64,000 bases of DNA from an uncultured archaeon (GTDB taxonomy: Archaea; Thermoproteota; Nitrososphaeria_A; Caldarchaeales; Wolframiiraptoraceae). Where the stretch lies: positions 64,001 to 128,000 of the forward strand of contig CALKCF010000002.1 in the NCBI GenBank assembly GCA_938083505.1, given 5' to 3'. A program made the position numbers and the translations under genes. A model generated the notes under the pieces. It did not search any database, was not told where the DNA came from, and was given only the letters and a program-made list of their open reading frames with translations. Positions 1 to 7,049 of this stretch are shown in pieces (the first letter of the stretch is position 1; every line of letters starts with the position of its first letter).

Positions 1-82
1 CGTCTTTGGTTCTGGCACCTTGAACAACTCTGACCGCTTCACGAACCCACTCTGGGGAAAGGAACAACAATTTTTCAGACAT
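1..82 (-). CDS. Partial CDS (5' end only), possibly SCP2 sterol-binding-domain-like
   Basis: ATG at 82 reads MSEKLLFLSPEWVREAVRVVQGARTKD and runs off the window; FLSPEW resembles archaeal SCP2-like N-termini; co-oriented downstream of the DsrE gene. Confidence 0.4.
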   Translation of the reverse strand, partial: MSEKLLFLSPEWVREAVRVVQGARTKD

Positions 83-98
83 TGTTTTATTTCCCTCA

Positions 99-524
99 CT
101 AAACGTAGATAATTGTAGCATCTTTGGCGTCTTCTGTTAAGAACGAAGCTAGCCCGCGCACTCCATCTGTATTATCAGTTAACTCATCCATTGTTAAGTT
201 GTGAAATGCCATGGCGGCGGGACAAGCGTATATCTTCCCTCCCAAACTGCGAAGAAGTTTTAGCTGCTCTGAGATTTTTGGTAGACCGTTTTTTCTCCTT
301 CTTTTATGAATTTCCTTTCTTATTGACTCATCTGTTTCCTCTCCCACTTCATCCTCAAACCCCTTCCTCAATCTTAGAATCCCTCCGTAACTGAACAGCA
401 CATAGACCGTTTCTCCAAGCGCAGAAGAAACTGTTGCAAGGTTTAAAGCAGATACCACTCGCTCATAGGACGCGGTGTTTATGATTAAAGCTTTTTTCTG
501 GATTCTTGTCTGATGGTTGGACAT
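99..524 (-). CDS. DsrE/DsrF/DrsH-like (peroxiredoxin-family) protein
   Basis: KIYACPAAM motif, VYVLFSYGG, C-terminal GLASFL...IIYV pattern. Confidence 0.8.
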   Translation of the reverse strand: MSNHQTRIQKKALIINTASYERVVSALNLATVSSALGETVYVLFSYGGILRLRKGFEDEVGEETDESIRKEIHKRRRKNGLPKISEQLKLLRSLGGKIYACPAAMAFHNLTMDELTDNTDGVRGLASFLTEDAKDATIIYV

Positions 525-1051
525 TAGGCTAAAACCCTTGCTTTTAAGCCTCGCTTTTCTCTTTCAGCATCTTTTATTCTTTCTGCCCATTCAAGAAGAG
601 GAATGTCTTCTTTGCGTATTCTTTCAAGATTTTCTGCTAACTCGTTAAGCTCTTTTTGAGTTAATTTTTCAGCAAAAAGGACGATACCCTCACATTCAAT
701 GGGATGGGAAAGGATATCGCTCCTGATTATGTCCGGCAATATTTTAGCTTGTTCCTCCGAAATTTTTCCCTTACTTAAGATTTCTACAAGCTCCCTTCCT
801 CTTTTTACTATTCGATCATGTACACCAAGCAAGTATTCTAAGTACTGTCTTCCAAAGAACTTCTCAAATGTTAAATAGAGACTTTCTTCCTCCCATCTAA
901 AGTGTGGGCCTCCTATTTTATCTAGACGAATCATTATTTCCAGCGCTTTTGTCGCGTCTTTCTTGCTTACTGCGTCTATTAGTTCCAAAAGCATGTCTCT
1001 GACCTTTGCGTGATCACTTCTAAATTCAGCTATGGGATCTAATTTTGGCAT
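524..1051 (-). CDS. Hemerythrin-domain (HHE) protein
   Basis: DH...HFRWEE...H...HPIECE pattern; start moved to MPKLDP at 1051, which has a GGAGGTGG RBS. Confidence 0.8.
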   Translation of the reverse strand: MPKLDPIAEFRSDHAKVRDMLLELIDAVSKKDATKALEIMIRLDKIGGPHFRWEEESLYLTFEKFFGRQYLEYLLGVHDRIVKRGRELVEILSKGKISEEQAKILPDIIRSDILSHPIECEGIVLFAEKLTQKELNELAENLERIRKEDIPLLEWAERIKDAEREKRGLKARVLA

Positions 1052-1222
1052 TTTAAACACCACCTCCTTTTCTTTAGGTGTAATTATAACAGCGTTATAG
1101 ATAAATTTTTCGGTCATTAGATGTTGCATAAGGGTTGCAACACGTCAAGTAAAAGCACACATATCTCCAGAAGAAGAATCTCAATACGTTTAGGAAACAG
1201 TATAGAGATCATCAAGTTATCT

Positions 1223-1639
1223 ATGGTGTTTTTTATTTCTTTATTTTACAAACTTGATACCTCATTCCTTGCAAAAGCTTATGCTCCTTTCGAGTTCCTG
1301 GTTTTGTTTTTAGTTTTTCTACTGTTTGGTGTATTTCGTTGGTAGGTCAACTATCATAAAACTTAATTTCCTGATTATTTCGTCTTTTGCAAAATTGTTT
1401 CCAATTTTGGGCATAAAAAATAAATTAAGGCATCATTCAAGAATTTATCGCCCAAGAAACAAGCCATAGTATTTGCCTCAGGAGCAATTGGCCTTTATGA
1501 TTTCCTCTTGATTTGCTTAATCTACGCCATAATATATCTGGAAACTTGGATTGGAGCTTTAGTAAGCATAATAACAGCCGAAAATATCCTCTTCACACTA
1601 TTTTTTAGCACAAAACTCGGGGGATCTTCCCAAGGCTAG
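1223..1639 (+). pseudogene. Possible degraded membrane protein (EamA/DMT-like remnant)
   Basis: Hydrophobic fragments in different frames broken by stops/frameshifts, last piece ...YDFLLICLIYAIIYLETWIGALVSIITAENILFTLFFSTK*; AT-rich. Confidence 0.25.
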
Positions 1640-1796
1640 AAAATCATTGTATGTTTCACATAGTTCCAACACCTAAAAACTCAAGAAAATACCATCCGAG
1701 GTGTTCTTAAAGTTGTATTTTCTTTATCGTCTTATCTTTTGGACGGAAAACGAGTAATGTAACACTTCATGGAATGGTTCCGGAACTAGGGGGTAT

Positions 1797-1873
1797 TGGA
1801 GCCTCGGGCGGGATTTGAACCCGCGATCGCCGGCTTACCAAGCCGGCGCCCCACCCGGCTAGGCTACCGAGGC
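1797..1873 (-). tRNA. tRNA-Thr(GGT), CCA encoded
   Basis: Minus strand GCCTCGG acceptor, CCGGC-TTGGTAA-GCCGG anticodon arm, GGTTCAAATCC T-arm, ends TCCA. Confidence 0.95.
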
Positions 1874-1960
1874 CGAATAATTGATACAAACGAAAATTAT
1901 TAGCTTTACCGTTAAGTTGCAAAAATAATTTATAAATGCGCTGAAGTAAAAGCTCAACTA

Positions 1961-2088
1961 GGGGGCGTGGCCCAGAGGAGGAAGTCTCCGGGGAGCAAGG
2001 TCTACGGCGCCGGGCTCCAGATCCACTCATGTAGTGGGTTAAGGGTGTAGAAACCCGGAGACCGCCGGTTCGAATCCGGCCGCCCCCA
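1961..2088 (+). tRNA. tRNA-Trp(CCA) with two introns: non-canonical 15/16 (1976-1995) and canonical 37/38 (2021-2052)
   Basis: GGGGGCG/CGCCCCC acceptor, CCGGG-CTCCAG|A-CCCGG anticodon arm, GCCGG-TTCGAAT-CCGGC T-arm; the D-arm is normal only after removing a 20-nt BHB-like insert; TATA TTTATAAA at 1929-1936. Confidence 0.9.
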
Positions 2089-2097
2089 CATAACCAG

Positions 2098-2146
2098 ATT
2101 AGTTCAGCGTCATTAGAAATTTTTCTGGATGCTGTGCTGAAGTAAT
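2098..2146. repeat. Dispersed imperfect palindromic element, copy 1
   Basis: ATTAGTTCAGCG...GAAATTTTTC...GTGCTGAAGTAAT; homologous to 35934-35978 in inverted orientation. Confidence 0.6.
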
Positions 2147-2171
2147 TCAAGAGGGGGCGTGGTTGCCACGC

Positions 2172-2975
2172 TTATGAAGGTTGTAGAACCAACCTCATAG
2201 CGACTATTAGGAGCGTAAGGCCCAGAAGCCTCTTGATCTTCGCGTCGCCTACACGGCTGGAAATGCGCGCACCCACCTGAGCACCCAGCATGCCACCTAG
2301 GCCTAGGAAAATGGCATAATCGAATAGGATGTTGTTCAGCGTGGAATGGGTAATGGAGCCGAACAGCGTTGTGAATACGAGTATAAAATGAGATGTGGCG
2401 GTTGCGATGTGTACGGGCATGCCTAGTATGTGTATCATAATAGGAACATGTAGCACGCCACCGCCGATTCCGAAGATGCTGGATGCCAAGCCAGCGAAGA
2501 AGCTTGTTATAAGCCCTAAGGGTACGTTAACTGAATACTCGTAGACTTTACCGTCGGAATCGACAAACCTCCTTTCGTATCCTCCAGCCTTCACGTTGCT
2601 AGACTGCTTCGTATGTTTGAGCAAAAGATAAAGCGATGTCCAAACCAAAAGGGCCGCAAAGATTGCCTTAAACATGAAGGACCCAAGGTGACCTGCAAGG
2701 TATGCACCCGCGATCGCGCCCGGAATCGTAGGAATCACGAGTATGAGTCCAAGCCTGACATCAGCCCTCCTCAGCCTCAAGTACGAAACGCTTCCGGACA
2801 GAGTGTTTAAGAAAACGAAAAACAAGCTAGTTCCAGCCGCCACCTTAGGCTCAAAGCCATATAGCAATATGAGAGCTGGAACAAGATACGCCCCACCACC
2901 TATCCCTATTAACGTCCCCAATCCGCCTATTCCAAAACCGAGGGCTGTTAATGCCAGCTCCTCATACCATAACAT
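2172..2975 (-). CDS. Sulfite exporter TauE/SafE family permease
   Basis: Duplicated GIGGG motifs, A.GTS and ATATS, about 8 TM helices; start set at MLWYEE. Confidence 0.88.
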   Translation of the reverse strand: MLWYEELALTALGFGIGGLGTLIGIGGGAYLVPALILLYGFEPKVAAGTSLFFVFLNTLSGSVSYLRLRRADVRLGLILVIPTIPGAIAGAYLAGHLGSFMFKAIFAALLVWTSLYLLLKHTKQSSNVKAGGYERRFVDSDGKVYEYSVNVPLGLITSFFAGLASSIFGIGGGVLHVPIMIHILGMPVHIATATSHFILVFTTLFGSITHSTLNNILFDYAIFLGLGGMLGAQVGARISSRVGDAKIKRLLGLTLLIVAMRLVLQPS

Positions 2976-3231
2976 TATCAAACACCCAAAATTTCGCTCA
3001 TGTAACATGTGGAAGAAAGAATTCGTCTTTCTTTATTCAATAACGACCGCCTGTCATTTACGGCAAATTTTCTCGAATGATTTAAATATATCTTTAAACG
3101 CGGGGTAAAAAAAATTGATTATTAAGACGAAAAGTAAACGAATGTATGCGACCTTAGATGCCTCTTCAAAGATGTCCATAAACTTTAAAAACAAGATGTC
3201 GGTGTAGTTTTCAATACGACGGTGGGTTAAT

Positions 3232-3372
3232 ATGATATATCCAGGCATATTATCAGTTGAGGAAGAGGAGGAATTCGAAGAAGAATTTGAGGAAGAGTTT
3301 GAAGAAGAATTTGAGGAGGAGTTTGAGGAGGAAGAAGAGTTCGAAGAGGAAGAGCTTGAAGAAGAATTTTAA
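3232..3372 (+). CDS. 46-aa highly acidic microprotein with (EEEF)n repeats; absent from the ORF track
   Basis: MIYPGILSVEEEEEFEEEFEEEFEEEFEEEFEEEEEFEEEELEEEF*; synonymous GAA/GAG and TTT/TTC variation; GGTGG RBS 3221-3225; TTTAAAAA TATA-like box near 3184. Confidence 0.7.
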   Translation: MIYPGILSVEEEEEFEEEFEEEFEEEFEEEFEEEEEFEEEELEEEF

Positions 3373-3388
3373 CGCTTGGGGTAATAAC

Positions 3389-3970
3389 TTAATTTCTTCC
3401 ACTAACTTTTTTATTTATGTGCTTTTTCCTAAACTCAACAACACTTATTTCCTCGAAAAACAGACTAACGGATTTGAGAGTTTTGTGATCGAGTTCTAGT
3501 TTTGAGGCTACATCCCATAACCTTTTCAGATCGGAAACGCTTGAAATTACCAGTAAGATTTTGCCAGAACATGAAAGCATGCGACATGCTTGCTGCAAAA
3601 ACTTGAGTGAGATATCTACACCATGCTCACCACCAAATATTGAAACGTCCCTTAAACACTCGTCAGGGAGGTACGGTGGGTTAAAAACTATCAGGTCAAA
3701 GCCTGAGCCTTCCCTGAAGGGCGAGAGGAGATCGCAGCAGACCACATCGGTGTTTGCCCTTTTGTTGTATTTATGAAGCCATTCCAGCGTAGCATAGCAT
3801 GAGTTCAAATCTATGTCTGTAGATACTAAGTATTCGGACTTTTGCGTCAACGCTACGGAAACTAGGCCGCTACCAGAACCTACCTCCACCGCCTTTCTGA
3901 CATAAGGCATATCCTTAACGGTATCGATTAATAAGAAGGTATCCTCTGAAGGCTGGTATACCCCGTTCAT
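3389..3970 (-). CDS. HemK2/PrmC-type N5-glutamine methyltransferase
   Basis: VYQPSEDTFLL N-terminus, EVGSGSG SAM motif, FNPPY; start overlaps the asnS stop. Confidence 0.9.
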   Translation of the reverse strand: MNGVYQPSEDTFLLIDTVKDMPYVRKAVEVGSGSGLVSVALTQKSEYLVSTDIDLNSCYATLEWLHKYNKRANTDVVCCDLLSPFREGSGFDLIVFNPPYLPDECLRDVSIFGGEHGVDISLKFLQQACRMLSCSGKILLVISSVSDLKRLWDVASKLELDHKTLKSVSLFFEEISVVEFRKKHINKKVSGRN

Positions 3971-5271
3971 GGATAAACCCTTGCGGGCGTCCTCGGAAAT
4001 AGCGTGACGCTCCTGATATGTGTCATGCCAAGCAGCCACCAAAGCATCCTTTCCAAGCCGAGACCGAAGCCGCTATGTGGTACCGATCCATACTTCCTTA
4101 AATCTAGGTACCACTCATAGTCTGAAGGGTTAAGGCCAGCCTCCTTGATTCGCTGGACGAGTAGCTCGTAATCGTGAATCCTTTGACCTCCGCCAACTAT
4201 CTCACCATAACCTCCAGGTGCCAGAAGGTCAGCACTGAGCGTAACCCTTGGGTCCGATGGGTCGGGCATGTGGTAGAAAGCCTTTGTCTCTTTGGGGTAA
4301 TGAGTGACGAAAAATGGCTTATCGAATTCCTTGGAAAGCTCCCTCTCCTCGTCGGCTCCAAGATCTTGCCCCCATTCTATGTTGAAACCTTTGTTTTTCA
4401 GAATCTCTAACACCTCGGCATACTTTATTCTAGGGTAGGGAGGTTCTGCGATCGAAGGGTCTATACTCTTCCCCAAAATCTTGAGGCATGGTTCAGCAGA
4501 CTCCGCCAATGCCTTGATGGTTTCGCCGACGAGCTTTTCAACAATCACCATCATGTCCTCCAGCGTAGCGTTGGCCATCTCAGCCTCAACGTGCCAAAAC
4601 TCGGTTAGATGTCTCCTAGTTCTGCTGAGTTCAGCCCTGAAGCTAGGCTGTATCGTGTAAACCTTCTCTAACCCGAATATCGCTGCCTCTTGATAGAATT
4701 GAACACTCTGGGTCAAGTAAACGTTCTTGCCGAAGTAGTCTACCTTAAACAGCGTAGCACCACCCTCGACGGCGGCCGTTATGAACGTAGGACAATGGAC
4801 CTCAGTAAACCCATTCTTCCTAAACCATTCGTGAAGAAGACCGGTCAGTAATGCACGTATCTTCATTATAGCGGCGACCTTAGGGCTCCTAATGTGCAGG
4901 TGTCTGTTGTCCAGCAGGAACTTAATGCTGGCGCCGGGCTTTATGGGGAATTCAGCTAATGATTTACCTATGACCTTAAACGACCTACATTGGATTTCCG
5001 TTCCACCTGGCGCCCTCGGGTCCTTTTTTACGAGGCCCGTTACTATAACTGAGGATTCCCTTGTAACGTCTAAGGCTTCCGTAAAGTCTGTTTCATCAGT
5101 AAGCCCCCGCTTCACCGTAACCTGGATTGTTCCTGTGGAGTCTCTAAGCTCCAGAAAAACCAATCCTCCATGCATTCTTTTGTTCCTGACCCAGCCAAAT
5201 ACTTCGACTTCCTCGTTCTCCGGCACCCTAAATGCTTCAGTAATGTGCAACCTTCTGGCCAATTTGGGCAC
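3967..5271 (-). CDS. asnS: Asparagine--tRNA ligase
   Basis: OB-fold N-terminus, YLTQS, FRAELSRTRRHLTEF, DLLAPGGYGEIVGGGQR, PHSGFGLGLER. Confidence 0.9.
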   Translation of the reverse strand: MPKLARRLHITEAFRVPENEEVEVFGWVRNKRMHGGLVFLELRDSTGTIQVTVKRGLTDETDFTEALDVTRESSVIVTGLVKKDPRAPGGTEIQCRSFKVIGKSLAEFPIKPGASIKFLLDNRHLHIRSPKVAAIMKIRALLTGLLHEWFRKNGFTEVHCPTFITAAVEGGATLFKVDYFGKNVYLTQSVQFYQEAAIFGLEKVYTIQPSFRAELSRTRRHLTEFWHVEAEMANATLEDMMVIVEKLVGETIKALAESAEPCLKILGKSIDPSIAEPPYPRIKYAEVLEILKNKGFNIEWGQDLGADEERELSKEFDKPFFVTHYPKETKAFYHMPDPSDPRVTLSADLLAPGGYGEIVGGGQRIHDYELLVQRIKEAGLNPSDYEWYLDLRKYGSVPHSGFGLGLERMLWWLLGMTHIRSVTLFPRTPARVYP

Positions 5272-5317
5272 CCACCCCTAAAAGTTTAGGGCACGTTTTG
5301 AATGTTTCCAATAAAGC

Positions 5318-5713
5318 TTATAATACTTGGGACCCTTCCCTTACATCCCTTTCAGGGATTATCGGCGCTATGACATTTTCTGACTCAGCAGCCGCCAATA
5401 TCATACATTCGGATATCTCACCTCTAACAGTCTTCGGCTTGAGGTTCACCAAGAACACGAATTTCTTACCGATAAAGTGCTCTGGTTCATATATGTGGCC
5501 AAGGCCAGTTATCGCCTTTTTCTTGAAGAAGCCAAAGTTGACAAGCATCTTTATGAGTCTGTCAGTTCCGGTAACCCTTTCTGCATACTCGACTAGACCC
5601 ACCCTAATGTCGAACCTCTTAAACTCCGACATTTCAACCTGCGACAATTGACTTCGAACTTGTAGATTCCTAAATCGTTTAAAAAGATTACTTAGCAATG
5701 CCAACTTCAGCAC
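5318..5713 (-). CDS. Stand-alone tRNA-binding OB-fold protein (Trbp111/MetRS C-terminal/CsaA-like); true start probably near 5650
   Basis: F..FDIRVG.V, VNLKPKTVRGEISECMIL motifs. Confidence 0.85.
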   Translation of the reverse strand: MLKLALLSNLFKRFRNLQVRSQLSQVEMSEFKRFDIRVGLVEYAERVTGTDRLIKMLVNFGFFKKKAITGLGHIYEPEHFIGKKFVFLVNLKPKTVRGEISECMILAAAESENVIAPIIPERDVREGSQVL

Positions 5714-5731
5714 TCCACTTCATTAATTTCA

Positions 5732-5766
5732 ATTGTTATAAAAATTCGAAAAATTTTTATAACAAT
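5732..5766. promoter_or_regulatory. Perfect 15-bp inverted repeat; probable back-to-back BRE/TATA bidirectional promoter
   Basis: ATTGTTATAAAAATT-CGAAA-AATTTTTATAACAAT between divergent genes. Confidence 0.65.
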
Positions 5767-5794
5767 AAATTTGTATAAAATATAGTGAATAAAC

Positions 5795-5899
5795 ATGCCA
5801 AAGAAAAAGGCAAAGAAGACAAGTGCAAAAAAGAAGAAACGTACAAAAAAGGCCAAGGAGGAAGAAAAAGCACCAGAAACCCCTGCTGAAGCGGGATAA
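5795..5899 (+). CDS. 34-aa Lys-rich microprotein (histone-H1-tail-like composition); absent from the ORF track
   Basis: MPKKKAKKTSAKKKKRTKKAKEEEKAPETPAEAG*; TATA TTTATAA about 35 nt upstream; T-rich tract downstream near 5960-5970. Confidence 0.65.
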   Translation: MPKKKAKKTSAKKKKRTKKAKEEEKAPETPAEAG

Positions 5900-5983
5900 C
5901 CTACTACAAAGCATTCCAAGTACTAAACCGTTGAAGCCATCTCCTGATAATTTTACCTTCTTTTATTTTTTGTAAACTGACCT

Positions 5984-6496
5984 TCAAACGACTATCGTCT
6001 CTTTGCGTGTTAAGAATATTGATGATAAAAAACCAAAAACGCCCGAGAATGCTAAGACAATTAGATATGGTATCACAAGGTTAAGCGGATGGGGCAGTAT
6101 AAAGTTTTCTATGAATGCATTCACCTTAACTAACCAGAATTGATGACCGTATACCTCTGCAAAAACTAAGCCCGTCAAACTAAGCCATGAGAGGATAACA
6201 GACGAAGGTATGAGTAACGATAGTTTTAAGGAGGCAGAGAACTTTCCGGCTACCAATCCAGCGAGTGCGGATGCGGCTGCCCACACTATGACGCACGTTA
6301 GACCCTCACTACTGCCCATAAAACCCGTGAATAGGGGTGCCAAAAGCGCCGTATATGCCTGAAGCAACACTGAGAGCACTAAAAGTTGGAAATTCACAGG
6401 TTCTGGCCATGAGGGGCTATGACCAGTAAATAAGGCGACGGAAGTTAAGGTAAGCATCGCCATACCGATTATGAAACTGGCAATCAGCCTAACCAT
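5984..6496 (-). CDS. Hypothetical membrane protein
   Basis: 170-aa ORF with about 5 hydrophobic segments. Confidence 0.7.
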   Translation of the reverse strand: MVRLIASFIIGMAMLTLTSVALFTGHSPSWPEPVNFQLLVLSVLLQAYTALLAPLFTGFMGSSEGLTCVIVWAAASALAGLVAGKFSASLKLSLLIPSSVILSWLSLTGLVFAEVYGHQFWLVKVNAFIENFILPHPLNLVIPYLIVLAFSGVFGFLSSIFLTRKETIVV

Positions 6497-6635
6497 ACTG
6501 TTTAACTTATGAGCTAGCTTATCATAAACCTTCCCTTAAAAGCGTATACAGTAAATTGTACGCCGGTAGTCGTCCGTATTATTTGGGCAATATTGAGCAA
6601 TATTTTTATAGCGAGCGTTTTGTGCTAAACATAGT

Positions 6636-6863
6636 ATGCAGACAGCTTACATATTGCTGACAATAGAGCCTGGACATGAGGAGGAGACGTTAGCCGAGCT
6701 AAAACAGATAACCAATGTAAAAGAGGCTTACAGGGTGTACGGAGTTTACGATATAGTAGTTAGAGTAGAGGCCGAGGACCATGAGAAGCTTAGGATGATG
6801 ATATCCAAGATAAGGCACATTCAAAGGATCAGGTCGACTACTACGCTTATAGTGTGGGAGTAG
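6636..6863 (+). CDS. Stand-alone Lrp/AsnC ligand-binding (RAM) domain protein
   Basis: AYILL, VYGVYDIVVRVEA, IRSTTTLIV. Confidence 0.9.
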   Translation: MQTAYILLTIEPGHEEETLAELKQITNVKEAYRVYGVYDIVVRVEAEDHEKLRMMISKIRHIQRIRSTTTLIVWE

Positions 6864-7049
6864 TCTGCTAACCTCTCCTCAATCATAACATACTCAATAT
6901 CCGGAAGTCACATCTCTTGTCCCTTAAACCCGTGATGCTGGGAGCCCTCCATACCTCGGTTTCACCCGATAGTCCGAGGAGGAATGCGACCGTTGTACTG
7001 TATCGAGGGGTCTGATTAAAAGTTATTAAAGCACTATTAGCTGATTAAA

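Noticed and set aside
1767-2150. 127-aa minus-strand ORF
   Set aside because: Overlaps tRNA-Thr and tRNA-Trp; a shadow of GC-rich RNA genes
3258-3370. 12-bp-period repeat as a CRISPR array or microsatellite
   Set aside because: No spacers and no cas genes; explained by EEEF codons
3257-3499. K/R-rich 80-aa ORF (MRKRRNSKKNLRK...)
   Set aside because: Shifted frame of the poly-Glu gene; variation is silent only in the Glu frame, and it runs into the convergent hemK gene
5707-5919. Phe-rich minus-strand ORFs
   Set aside because: Antisense of the Lys-rich microprotein, crossing the promoter palindrome
6932-7015. Box C/D sRNA (GTGATGC...CTGA)
   Set aside because: Imperfect C box, about 80-nt span, no convincing C'/D' pair
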